Assembly (NCBI RefSeq): GCF_018977255.1
Contig: NW_024704742.1
Coordinates: forward strand, 88,724,001 to 88,788,000
Length of the DNA stretch: 64,000 bases
Direction of reading: 5' to 3'
DNA from: Callorhinchus milii
Lineage: Eukaryota
Below are positions 50,531 through 63,525 of the stretch, one piece after another. The position numbers and the translations under genes were made by a program. Under the pieces are notes generated by a model. It had not been told where the DNA came from, searched no databases, and worked only from the letters and a program-made list of their open reading frames with translations. Numbering within the stretch: the stretch's first letter is position 1; each line of letters begins with the position of its first letter.

Positions 50531-50954
50531 GCGGGGACAGGAGGAAAAAACATTTACAAAGATCTGGGAATGGCGATGGTTAAGTAAGACTTGAACCAGG
50601 AGCATGTGGTGCCACTGAAGTAGATGTGAGAGGAGGTTGAGGAGGATGACATGATCAATTGTGTCGAAGGCACATTCAGAGCATTACATTTTGGGCAATT
50701 CTAAAGTATTGGCTTCATGTCGAAGTTTTGAGAAGAACTCCCAGAAAACCACTTTCAAAATTAAGGCTGAATTTAGGAATTGACCAAAATTGGCAATGTC
50801 CCACCCATGATAAACCCATGAACATGTTTATCCACAAAACAAACAGTCACATCAGTTTACAACATACCCTATGAAGTGCTTTGAGGTATCTCACCAAAGA
50901 AATAAGGGGTTACATCAAATATAAGGATTATTATTATTGCTGCCGGTTTCAGAT

Positions 50955-51035
50955 ATAAGTGGAGCATAAACGCCAGAATAGACCAGCTGGGCCGAATGGC
51001 CAGTTTCTGTGCTGTATATTCTATGTATTTCTATG
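50955..51035 (+). mobile_element. CR1-type 3' end
   Basis: gtggagcataaacgcc...tgggccgaatggccagtttctgtgctgtatattctatg. Confidence 0.7.
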
Positions 51036-52504
51036 AAAGTATCTACCCTGTAATGTGGCTGTCAGACTCCTGATGATGGGATCTGTTTCCTTTCTCCCAA
51101 ACTAATCCTAGGGTGTCACTGAGTGCTCCGAACAATGGCATTTTCATGAACACCTTCAAGGAACTAAAGGCTGGAGTCATCAGTATTCCTTTACCTTCCC
51201 ACCTCTCCTGCCCTCCAGCCCTCCTGACCCCAGCTACCAGCCAGGTCCAAAAACCCCTGACTGTCCAGCACGCTGGGATGTCTTTCCAAAGTGAAGGGCA
51301 CTATACAAGTGTAATTTGTTGTTGTTGTTTACAGACATTCACTTATTGGGCACTGCAAACATAATGGTAGCTCTGTAAATGCTTGTAATTTATCAGGTAA
51401 AATCTCAGTCAATTCATTTGGATGAGTCCCCATTCTCAGTTCTTCAACATTGTCCAGAGACATGTATGAATGGTACAGTGTGAGGTTCCAGATGCCCATA
51501 CTCCCTCCAGAGTTTGGCATGTTAGGTGCTTGGGACTCTTTAGCATTTATGAGGTTGAATTTGTGTGGGTTTGTCTCTCTAACTTGGTGCAACATTTTTA
51601 GCTTCATGATTCAAACGTAACCACAAGATAAATAGAATACCCACGGATTGCTTTGGAGTAGCGAGCTGTGGCTGGCTGAATAGAACGCACAAAGTTAAAG
51701 CAAACTAAACAAAATTCAGAATAATATCCATCTTTACATTTTACATTATTCATCCTGGACCAGCTGCCTGCCTTGGCATGACATTTCCAAGTCCCTTGAG
51801 TTTGCAAAATGTTTTACAAAACTTGATTATTGCTATGAACATCCCTTCTGATTTTATATATATAGTATTATTAGAAATATATGTATTGGAATCACATAAT
51901 AAGGCACCCCTGCTTGCTAAAAGTGGCCAACTTCCAGGTCACTGCTGTTGTCACTTCTTTGCAAGAAATGATGATGGTGAATTGTAAGCACACACATACA
52001 TGCAGCATATAGGAGGTGATGCCAAGCCAGCTTTGGCTTTGTGCCCCATTAAAATGCTATTGTTGGGTTAAAAGACCTGAAACATGCATTATATTAGGTT
52101 TATTATAATAGAAGGGAAGGAAATTAACTGTTCAACAACAACAAATTACATTTGTATAGTGCCTTTCACGTACAGAAGACCATTTGGATTATTTGTATGT
52201 TCTTTGCTTTGATAACTGCTCGCAGTAAAGCATTCATATTCTGATAGTTTTCTATGTGAGGAAAAATATTCTAACCTTCCCATTAAATCTACAAATGTTA
52301 TAATAATACAAGATGTACCCTTGTCCATAGCATTTACAAACAGCAGTGTATTTAAAATAAACCTCCACGAACTCTACTAATCACTGGCTCCCTGGTTAGA
52401 TATTTCGCTGTTATTCATATCCTATGTATTCAATTACTTTTATGTCATGGCCCTTAAACTTCTTAGAAGCCTTGTTTAGCGAATCCCATCTAAACATGCA
52501 AGGC

Positions 52505-52656
52505 TTCACAGCTTGCATCCCTCCTGGGACAGAGTGCATATTCCATTCCAGACATGGGAATTTGAGTGTAAAGTTTAGATACTCTTAATCATGGTGATGG
52601 GTTTCAGCAAGTGCCAGACCAAAAGAGAACGGTCAGCCCCCAAACAATACAAAAAA
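52505..52656 (+). mobile_element. Unidentified A-tailed dispersed repeat, copy
   Basis: gatactcttaatcatggtgatgggtttcagc. Confidence 0.6.
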
Positions 52657-52987
52657 TCTTGCTCATTTTCTCCTCTTGTGAATGCATATGACTCTTCATA
52701 TCATCACAATATGGTTCTACAGGTGCTTAGGGCTCTCTAGGACCTCACCCAACTGGCTACAATTCAATGGAGCCTCGTCAGTAAGTGTTGGAGGGCAATT
52801 GGGGACCTCATAGCTTAATCCAATTCTGCTTTTACTTGAGCATCACATACATATATCACCAAGAGACGTTTCTGGATAGTATTAAGGAAAAAGAAACCTG
52901 GTGGATTTTCCCTTCGCTAACCTTGGTTCTCAAATCAAATGCAAACACCTCTTATCCCCAAGCTAACATCAGGTGATTCACGTGTAT

Positions 52988-53385
52988 ATCAGCCTATCAA
53001 TTGGTAGCATTCTCACCTCTGAGTCAGACGATTGTGGGTTCAAGCCCTACGCTGTGACATGGAACTTGTATTGTTATGTTGACATTCCAGTGTAATGCTG
53101 ATGGAGTCTTGCATTCCCATCCTTCAGATGAGATGTTAAACCTTTCTCCCATCTGTCTATTCAATTGAATATTAAAGATCCCATGGCACTATTTAAAAAG
53201 AAATGGGAGTTTCTCCCGGTGTCTTCGACCAACAACCCCCAAATAACATTGGTCACTCATTTCATGATAATTTGTGTGACATTGCTGTGCTGAAAGTGGC
53301 TGCAGGTTCACCCACAAAAATATCTAGTCACTTCACAGTAAGTCCTGTGAAGCGCTTTGAGATAATCCTCCCAACATGAAAGATA
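52988..53385 (+). mobile_element. Old Deu-domain SINE, near full length
   Basis: ttggtagcattctcacctctgagtcagacgattgtgggttcaagccc head; aaagatcccatggcactattt core. Confidence 0.8.
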
Positions 53386-54004
53386 TATTCAGCATAGACT
53401 GTGGATCGAATTTGGCACCTCGGTGTTTGGCTCAGCAATGCATTGGATGAATTCCCTGAGCTCTTGTAATCCAGCATAATTACTTGTAATTCATCTTCCT
53501 CAGGAAATTAAATCATCTGGCGAGTTCACGGACAGTCAAATGTTGCACAAAGTCTATGTGAAGCTAAGGACTTGATGGACCAAATTACCTTTTCTCATCT
53601 TGCACTTTCTTAAATTAATATTGCCCATCCTTTACGCAAAGTGAAGATATGGATTTATTCATGGTCTGGAAGAGACTGTCAGGTGATCATGTGATACAAT
53701 AATATCAAATCAGTAAAACTCATAGACTTTGTTTTGACAGAAGAGAAAGGTCAGATGCTGATATGGATGAATTACAATTCACTGCACATTTCGGAATTCA
53801 TTTTTAATTTATCCAGTTCTTCCAAATCTTGTAATTATGTTTGCATCAACTTGGCTGAATGGAAAGATTGCCCAATTGATCGAAGACAAACAAACATACA
53901 GGAATTTCACTTATAGGGGAGGGAGATGAATTTGCAATATTTCTTAATGGAATTCCCTTACAAGGAATCCAAACCACGTACAATCGGAAACCTCTTCCGG
54001 TACA

Positions 54005-54366
54005 TGTTCTGTTAGCTGGGTGTCTGACGCACATAGAAACCCATTAATCTATCCAAATAGACTGAGAGTGCCACATACACATCCTACCTTTACATGGAAA
54101 TTTGCCTTTGCTTGAAATTGAATGCACACACTCTCCCTGGAAGAATTCACAAGTTGGCAAAACAACAAGAAGAAGATTACATTTGTACAGCGCGTTTCAC
54201 GTCGGGAGGATGTCCCAAGGCACTGAAAAAAGCCAAGGCTTGAGGACCCCAGAGCGTGCGTTGGGTACTGCTGGAGTTTAACCAGCTAAAACTGCATAAC
54301 CTGACAGCAATGTCCAGCAAGCTTCCCGCTACTTATCTAGCGAGGACCACTCTACCCGCTAGGGCT
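54005..54366 (-). mobile_element. Unidentified A-tailed dispersed repeat with an inserted L2 tail (about 54162-54225)
   Basis: gggtgtctgacgcacatagaaaccca...agccaaggcttgaggacccc...tactgctggagtttaaccagctaaaac. Confidence 0.7.
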
Positions 54367-54368
54367 TT

Positions 54369-54644
54369 AATAATAATAAAATAATCCTTGCATTTGATAT
54401 AGCGCTTTTCACGTCTTCTAGACGCCTCAAAGCGCTTCACAGAATATACTGTAAAGTGAATTGACTGTATATTTGTGGGCGAACGCGGCAGCCAATTGCG
54501 CACAGTAGTGTCCCACAAACAGTCGTAGATTGAAAATGACCAATTTTTATTATTGTTTTTTGTTTTGGAGGGATTATTATTATTATAATGCGTGTGGAGT
54601 AAGGAAACTTGCCCAAGGTTTCGCCCTGCCTGGAATTGAACTCA
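54369..54644 (-). mobile_element. Young SINE, 5'-truncated
   Basis: Body and tail collinear with 40652-40920. Confidence 0.92.
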
Positions 54645-55201
54645 CTTTGATTTGCAGGGTTAACAGGGAGAATCATAACTCTCCCCCATCTTTCCGGTAA
54701 CCAGATAATGTCCCCCTGACTTCCACTCTAACAAGATCCTTGGTAATGTTGTCCCTGCAAGTTGGTGGGAATTCAAACAGAATTTCTCACTATGGGAATA
54801 TAAGTACATAAATGCAAGTTACTATTATCGATGATGAATGTATAAGGACTCCATTAATTCTGTCACTTCCTTTTGCATAACAGTAATACATGAATTGATA
54901 AACATTTAGTGTTCCAAGGTGCTATCCTGCGTGAAGGGCGCTATTTGAATGCAGGTTGTTGTTGATAAACATTTTTACACTGCAGCCTAACTATGCAGAC
55001 AGACCGTAAACCTCTTAGTATCCTAACCTATTGCATCCAAGTGACCACCGTAATCATAATAATAATGCTTACATTTGGTAGAGCTTGTTTCATGTTGGGA
55101 AGGTGTCCCAAAGAGCTTCACAGGACATAAGTGATATGACCATGTATTTTGCAGGCAAACATGTTGAGTGATATTCAGGAGCTGAGCAATTGATACCCCA
55201 G

Positions 55202-55381
55202 CATGTAAACTCCTGATAACTTGTACCTGGCTTGACTTGTTTCTCCCACTTAAGTCACCGTGCTCTCAATATCCCGGCTGCAATTATTTATGTATTTATA
55301 TATTTGCCAAACTTGCCACTCCGGATAACTTGACATTGAGCCCTTTCCGCTTGGAGCAAGGAGTTATCAGAGTTTACTGTA
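55202..55381. mobile_element. Tigger/pogo-like (Tc1/mariner superfamily) MITE
   Basis: catgtaaactcctgataact ... agttatcagagtttactg followed by TA; internal gataact repeat at about 55324. Confidence 0.6.
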
Positions 55382-56651
55382 CACGGGTTAACTTGCATAT
55401 GTTATATTAATTAGAATGATAACATTTAATACGACTTACACAAAGTATGAATTATGCATCATTTAAGACTAAGGCATAACAAATATATCTGTAGAATATG
55501 CATGTTCTCATGCACAGAAAACATGTACAATGAATGGCATAACTCTTACGATGAATAATTAACACTGTAACTGAATTATTTCAAGTATTGAAATTTAGCA
55601 TGCTGTAGTGTTTCAAATGTACACAGTACTTGGTCAATACATCCAGTAGGTGCGATTTTAATGATACTAGTTAGGAGATGACTTGCATTAAGATTTACAT
55701 TATTTGAGCTATTTATTCAACTTTCCACTCCAACCAGTGCAAATAAATCAAAGTCGTTTTAAGTAGGAAAATGAATGGGACTTGGGTGCATGTACGATTT
55801 AGACGATTATATGACTTATAACAAGATAACTTATAATAGTTCACCTAATATACACTACACCTGTATAATACTGAGGATTGAATAACAATGCATTCTGTAA
55901 CACATAATGATACTGTAGACCCTCTGAATGGCATTGCCTCTAGGGCCCTTGGAAGCAGTACAGTACAATGAGAGGCNTTTTTTAAAGATAGATTATGTAA
56001 ATGGTGTGTGCATTAATGATGGAGTTTTAGCAATGTATGCTGTAATAGAATTTCTGGTATATCAGACGTTTTCCAGTGAATGGTTACTCTACATGCAAAC
56101 CTGATGAAGCAGCTTCAAGGCAAATCATTACCACGTTCCAGTTTGCTATTCCCACTTAGTGTGTGACTGACTTATCTCTAATTTATATCCACTTATTAGG
56201 GGTAAATTTGAGGTTGCATAATCACATAGTCTTATGAAAGAAAATCGCCACTGCGTGTTGAGAGAGAAAGATATTAAATGAAACTGACACTGAAAATATT
56301 TCTTTGAAACAATGATGAGCTAGAAATTCCGTCTTTACATTTATGAAGTTAATGGTCGAATTTGGAGACCAAAATAACTCAACCATGTTGTAGAACTCCA
56401 GTAAAATTCTGCAGTTTCTTTTATGCTGCAAAGAACCCTAAAAGCTAAATTATCCCTCATTAACTGCAGCTGTTAGTTTGGTTTGTAATTTGTAATCTAT
56501 CATTTTGCGCTAATTTGCAACTGGTATATAAAGTAGAAAAATTTTGGCATAAAAATTCTAAAGGCTATTGTACAAGGGATTAACATGATGTGTTGGTCAG
56601 CAGGTAGGGTGGAGTACATGCTTGTTTAGTGTAGGAACTTTATTTTCAGCC

Positions 56652-56900
56652 ATTTTTTGGGTGGTCAGCCGGGTGTTTGACACATGCGGAAACCCATCAT
56701 CATGCTTAAGAGTATCCAAACTAATTCCTGCCGATGAGCCAGGCTGGCCATGCTGTCATCAGCAGTGCCCTGGAATACCGCAGACCTGACTGGCTCAGGA
56801 ACCAGACTACCAAGACCGCCAAGGATGGCTGGCTTGATTCCGACATTCCATTGCCAGGAATGTCACTTTGGAGCCAAATCAGCTGCAAGGAGACTCCGAT
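56652..56900 (-). mobile_element. Unidentified A-tailed dispersed repeat, internally deleted copy
   Basis: ggtcagccgggtgtttgacacatgcggaaacccatcatcatgcttaagagtatccaaac joined to a segment matching about 47905-47980. Confidence 0.7.
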
Positions 56901-57409
56901 TACCTCCCCCCCAAGGAGGAATAGTCTGTTGTTGTATGTTTGACAAAGCCTCACAGAGCCAACTGGGAACCTGAGCTGCATGTGAGGGGACCTGAAGAAG
57001 ATGGGTTGGGAGGTGACTAGAAGCTTGGTTGAAAAGAAAGTTCTTAAGGTGGGCTTTAAAGGTAGGGATGGAGGGGGAAAGAAAAATTCTATAAGAGCTG
57101 GATGCAGAATTTTAAAGAAGACTTGAGGATGGACAAGAGAAGATATAGATGAAGCACTAAAGCACCCCATGGGGTGAAACTGCTATTAGACAGCATTCTG
57201 TGAACACATTTGTAACATGAAACATATGTGCTGCACTTAATTATTAATCTAAACAAAGCTGTCCTTTCAAATGTTGGAATACAACTTTTCTGTAGAATTC
57301 AGATGAAAGATTAATAAATTAAATATACAAATCACTACCCAGGGCATTTGACAGATGTCACGCTAGTGATTAAATGGCAAAAATTGTTTTGAAAGCAAAC
57401 AAATCATTT

Positions 57410-57723
57410 TTGAAATTCCACCCAGATCTAGATTTTTTCTATTAGTATTTCAAAACATCCAGAATTTGGCACATTTAGTGATGACAAGATGGTAGGGTGG
57501 GTGTTCTGGAGAGATGAGATAGGATGGGCCAAAGGGCTTTCTTCATCCAGACCAATCTTGTCATCCTGTGAAGTTCATAAATGGAGACTTAATTTTTAGG
57601 CCATTTTTTCTGGAAGTTTTTTTTACACTAACAGAAAAACAGCTTCAAAGGTAGAACAGAATTCCACAATTTGTCCAAATTTGGACACTGAAAAACAAAA
57701 TAAATAAAGTGAATCTGGATCCA
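57410..57723. mobile_element. Palindromic MITE copy with a CR1-end insert (about 57480-57570)
   Basis: gaaattccacccagatctagattt..ccagaatttggc at left; aatttgtccaaatttggacact..aatctggatcc at right. Confidence 0.55.
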
Positions 57724-59384
57724 TCTATTAGGGTGTGATTGTGCAGTCGGTAATATAGATTTCATTCCCAGGTATGATGTTCTGTCACAAACTCCCTCCA
57801 GCTGGATTCACCTTTTATGTTTAAATACCACTTTCAGTTGTTGTCTTGTTGTCATGTCATTTTGGAGTGGAATTTCCTACTTGTTTTGCATTAGCTGCTG
57901 AACTCTGGTTTGACCAAATTAATCATTACATTGCAGGTCACTTGCTGTACTTTCCAAAATGAGTTTCACGATTCATTTAATCTCTTTTAGTCCACCATTT
58001 CTGTAAATGACTCACATTATAACTTGGTCTGAGAACAAAAAATTCCAAACAGTTCCATTTTGTGCATATCTGCTTCTACTTTTTAAGCTTTTTTTTGTTC
58101 TTTACTTGATATTAGAGGTAAAGTTGCAATTCTTTAAACACCCAATATGCTAATTATCACTGAGTGCTGACTCTACCTGGCTCAAATTTGAGAATTTGTG
58201 ATCTTTCTTGGATGTTTATCAATAACAACAACAACAAATTACATTTGTATAACCTCTTTCGCATCAGGAGGACGGCCCAAAGCACTGGGATTGGGGTAAA
58301 TAATAGATGGCCAGTCTTTAGCAAAAGATGGGAAACAGATTCAACAACTCACTCGTGGGTCTATATTCTATGCCATTCTCCTTCAATGGAATCATTCTAC
58401 GTAATAGAATTGGTTAAACTACAAAGTTCCAATAAAGAGCAAAATATGAGTGAGACACAAGATTCAAGAGAAGTAATAAGATCGGCAACAGAGCGTGGAG
58501 TAAATGGCAACAATCTACCTTTCTGCAAAGCAAATAGGATAGAATTTTGTTCAAACCAGGAGCACATGTTTCATGAGCAAGGATTGAACGGATGCTTTTG
58601 AGCTTCACAGAGATGGAGTCAGTTATAAGAACCATCAATAAGAGAAATCACCACAGCATATCATCCAACCAATTATTATTGCCAATTCAATCTTTTATGT
58701 CCATTTCAGGGACATCAGGTTGGTTGTCAGTTCAAATATGACTCAAATAATAAGGATCATCACTCTCACCTAATTCAATGCCATCTTCCAGTTTCAGCTC
58801 CTCTAATTGCGTGTCTCCAGTAAAAGATACTTATATGTTTTCCCCGTTTTCTGTTGTTGCCGTCACAAAGAAACAAGTGGCAGAGTTGAGAGACCGTGGG
58901 GAAATAGAAACAGTCACTTCAAGTGGCACCAAAGAGTGTTAGTCATAACACAGCAGAGTGGGTATTTTTCAATTCATGGGAGGAAACAAACATTTTAATC
59001 TGGAAATAATATAAATGCATAAAAGGTCCATTTAAGCGAATTGAAATAGTGATATGAATTATGGAGTATTGTCCTATTTCTGTAAACTGCAATTAATAGA
59101 TGTTTAGAAATAGTACACGGACATGAAAGCTTCCTGGTTCTGAGAAGCAATGTCCCAGAAGATTTGAAGTAATATTTTCATAGCCATAATTTTTCTCTGC
59201 ACTGATTAAAAGAAATCGTCTGCCTAAAGTTATGTGTGAAAATATCAGAGTTGGAGATGTATGGGAAAAAGAGACAGGAAAAACATAAGGATGTATAAAG
59301 AATTTTTTTGAATCTATTAAAAGGCAGATTAAAATTAGATTTTAATCTGAATTTGTTATTGGGAACATTAGCTGCATAAAATAA

Positions 59385-60131
59385 GTAATAATCCTTACAT
59401 TTGATATGGCGTCTTTCACATCAGGAAGACATCTTAAAATGCTGCACAGGATTATACTGTAAAGTGTAGTGACTGTGTTTTGTATGTGAATGCAGTTGGC
59501 AATTTGCACTCAGCAAGGTCCAACAAACAGCCATGAATTGAATGACTAATTTTACCTGAGAGATTCTTGGTCAGGACATGGAGAAACTCTGTTCTCTTTT
59601 CGAATAGTGCGATAAAGTATTTAAACCTCGTCTGAACACGCAGATGGGACCTTGGTTCAACATCTCATTGGAAGAACACCATCTCCAACAATGTGGTACA
59701 CTCCTTGCACTGCATTGGAATATTGCTAGATTTGCTCGACTATGAGATCATAGTTTGGACATGGGGCTTGAACCCACAATCTGTATAATTTGTGGGTCGA
59801 ACGTAGCAGGTCATTTTGTTCATGACCCACAAACAGCCATGGAGTGACTAATCTTATTTGCAGGATTATTGGCCATGACACTGGGAGAAACTCCCTACTC
59901 TTTTCGAATTACGCCTGGAATTTTTAATGTCCGTGTGAACAGGCAGACGGGACCTTGGTTCTCATTCGAAGGATAACACCTCCAACAATGCAGCACACCC
60001 CCAGCACCGCAATGGAGCCATCATCATAATCAGCTTAAACTACATGAGTTCAAAGTCCCAACGTGGGGCTTGATCCCACAAATTTTCTGACTCAGCAGCA
60101 AGCGCGCTACTGACTGACCCAGGCAGACACG
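59385..60131 (-). mobile_element. Two old Deu-domain SINEs in tandem (about 59385-59782 and 59790-60131)
   Basis: The block acaaacagccatg...gagaaactc...gggaccttggtt...ctccaacaatg...tggggcttga occurs twice. Confidence 0.8.
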
Positions 60132-60161
60132 ATTAACAGACACTATGGCAATCACAAATCT

Positions 60162-60272
60162 AATAATAATTCTTGCATTTAATATAACGCCTTATCACAT
60201 CTTCAAGACGTCTCGAAGCGCTTCACAGAATATGCTGTAAAGTGAATTGACTGTATACTTTGTGGGCGAAAC
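60162..60272 (-). mobile_element. SINE 3' fragment
   Basis: aataataattcttgcattt...aagcgcttcacagaatatgctgtaaagtgaattgactg. Confidence 0.8.
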
Positions 60273-60277
60273 TGTCT

Positions 60278-60357
60278 GGTGGAATTTAAGTAACAAGAAA
60301 TTTAAATGAGGGAATTTAAGTAATAATGAGGAATTATGTGGGGGAATTTAAGTAAAA
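60278..60357 (+). repeat. Degenerate tandem repeat of ggaatttaagtaa (3 exact copies)
   Basis: Read directly from the sequence. Confidence 0.8.
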
Positions 60358-62349
60358 GATTTTGAATCGTAAGAAGCATTTTTAAATAAAAAACATCTTA
60401 TTTAAATTATCTTTAAAACACATTTGTTTTTACAATTTATTGGGGAGAATTTGAACTGCCACAAAAATACCATCTTTTTACTGATAATATAAAAAGGAGC
60501 CAATCTAAATGGGTATTCAGCCCTTTGACATTAATCCTTCTAATGGTCAATTTCATGGTCTAGGACTCGGCTCAACTTCTTCAATCTTCCCGAGGATGCA
60601 AAAAATGTTAGTGAAACTTTCAAGAAGAGAAACTGTGCAATTTCCCTTGCTTTCAAGAGTGGTCAAGTGGAAACCTGCAGGATATCAGTCTAAAATTATT
60701 CAATCCCAGTTTGATGCAGCTCGTAGTTGACATTCCTACGGTCAGAACACATGAGCCTGCGGTTACCGTACTTTACAGTTTGTTCCGCTCATGGATGACA
60801 TTCCTGTGTACAGTAACTACATTCTCACATGTTCTGACCTGGATCATCTTTACATACACTTATACTATGATCATTTACAACAATATCTATGTCCCTCATT
60901 TTAAAGGAGTTAACACGTGCAAGACACTATATTCATTTTTTCATATGCTAGTTTGTATAGAATTGTATGTACATATCTACTGTCTGCGAAAAGCATTCCA
61001 ATCCATATTCTTATTTTAATTTAATGTTAATTAAATTTCTATTAGATTTATAGAAAAAAAACAATAACTTGCATTTATATAGTGACCCTACACTTGGGTA
61101 GTCTTGGAGTGCTTAATAGCAGTTTGACTCAATGTCTCATGCAGCCATAGCTTAACTTAAAGGAAAACAAACTTCAATCCACATGACATAAACATTTCTG
61201 ACTCTTTTAATAAAATAAAACCTTACCTTTCCCAATCCAAATTCATCAAACTCATAATGTGGATGTTTGTCTCTTGGAACCATCCTCTTTTCTCAACCCT
61301 CTCCAATTGCTGTGTTCAGTGTCTTTTGGAGGTAAGGTGACCGGATCATAAGAAGGGGATATAAAGGGTCAACATTATCCATTTGGGTTTTTAATCAAAT
61401 GGCCTTGGAACACATCTGCATTTTTGTTAGACTTGTTAACAACAGCCTGTGATGAACTGGATCTTGATGAATAATCAATAATCCCACCTTTTGTCTTCCT
61501 CATCTATTCTCTGTACAATATAGTCATTGGATATGTCTAACTCTTGAATGCGTAACAGTATTGTTGTAGTAAAAGCCCTCACAGGAGCAAATTTTCAAAG
61601 TGTAATTTATTGTTATTTACTCTACTCTCTCTATGCCATTGTCAATGGAGACGAATTGGAGAAAGGAATAGAACTTTCATCTTACAGCAGCCAACCACGA
61701 GCTGTTGGAATACCAGATTTTTATTAAATCAAAAAATGTAAATGTTGCTTGTGCCGCTATGTAGAGGTTGAATGGCATGATATATTCGGTATTTTTCACA
61801 ATGAATTGCACTTGTAACTGCGGTACAGCAATTACTAAATGTGTCCTTAACGTCTGAGTATTGAATCTCAGGCGGCAAGACACAATCAGGCCCCAATATA
61901 ATGTGATGCCTACCCACATTATAATGAGGTGTATTAGCTGCTTTTACTCAACATGAACACAGCTGGCTGGCTTGCCCCGTGTGTGCAAGCTAGATCCCAC
62001 CCTAAAATAAATGACTGACTTCCGGGTAATCAGATTGCTGCCAAAATCACTTCCTGCATTTCTGCACGTGTGTGTAGTAGGAATTTCCATCAGCAAGGAT
62101 TGAAACGCCTGGAAGTTAGACATTTCAGCCCAAGAGATAGCCTCTGATGTTGTTTGTGAGCTAAGTCTCTGCATGCATTAGCAGTGAATGATGTTTGCAA
62201 TGCAACTGCATTATAACTCCATCTGTGCTATGAAAATGCATATTACAAGGGGCTGCACTGTATATGCATTTATCTTTCTTGTTTAGTTTTTGTGCTGCTA
62301 AGATTTGAGATGCTGGTGGTGGAGAATGGAACATGGTTTTATTGACATG

Positions 62350-62510
62350 GAGATCTTTAAAGTCCACCTGCAGCAGGAAGGTTTAACATCTCATCAGAAG
62401 GATGGAACTCCCCCAGTATTGCACTGAAATATCAGTCTAGACCATGAGCTCAGAACCAATCAACCAATAATCCAGAGGTCAGGGCCCTAGCAACTGAGCC
62501 AGAGGAACAT
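62350..62510 (-). mobile_element. Old Deu-domain SINE 5' fragment
   Basis: gatctttaaagtccacctg...ggtttaacatctcatc...caactgagcca. Confidence 0.6.
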
Positions 62511-63354
62511 AAGCCAATACCAAACCTGATAAACATGCAGGTATGCTTTTTTAACAAACGTTCAGTATCAATGAAACATGTCTTTCGACACACATATTAC
62601 CAACTTTTTTTTCTGTGCTATAGCAGAGTTAAGGGCTAAAATATGATTCAGAATAGTTAGCATCAAAATTGAACAACAGCAATGTTTAATCTTTAGTGGA
62701 TATTGTTGTTTATCAGTCATTGCATAACTTATATATGAACAGTATTAGATCATTGCAAATGGCTCTACATCCCTGCATCAGAACAAATCCTTCAGCTTTG
62801 TTTTTATTGCTTGGTATTGAAATCTCTTTAAAGATCTTGATAGGCATATCACTTAAGTCAATAGATGATTAAAACCTACTTTTGTGTAAATACATGTACA
62901 CATAAATGCCTCCTAGTTCTTCATACTTTAATGATTTGAAATTATTTTCAATAAAAGAGGAGCCATCTGTCACTGTCAGTGAAAAGCCCAAGAGGAGAAG
63001 TTCAAACAGTGTTATTGGCTTCTCATCACCACGCTGCTACATTCTCCTACAGCACGCTCCAGTTAGATAGTGTATTTAGGATTACAAGAGGTATAGCAGC
63101 TTTCCCTGGAAGATAATCAACTATAGCTGAATAGATATCTGATCCAAGCACTATTCTCATCCATTGCAATGTTCTTTTATTAATGGACAGGAAGGGCAAA
63201 CATTAAATAGAATTCTTGTTTGCGCAGTGAAATACCCACCCCAGTCTTGCTCAGCCTGGAGGACAGTGGGCACCTGGCACTTATAAGGCAGGAAGATCAC
63301 TACCTCTAGATCTGCATGGTGATCTTTTCAAAGTCACTCTCTGAACTCAATATA

Positions 63355-63525
63355 TAATAATCTTGCCTGTGATATAGCGCCTTATCATGCCATCGAGTCT
63401 CTCATAGCACTTCACAGGATATTACTCTAAAGTGTAGTGACTGTTTATTTGTGGACAACAAGGCATCTAATTTTGCACACAGTAAAGATCCATAAACAGC
63501 CATTAAGTTAACTCCTAATTTATCT
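63355..63525 (-). mobile_element. SINE 3' fragment
   Basis: gatatagcgccttatcatg...cttcacaggatatt...aaagtgtagtgactg. Confidence 0.65.

Noticed and set aside
55977..55977. Ambiguous base n
   Set aside because: Assembly ambiguity next to a T run, not a biological feature
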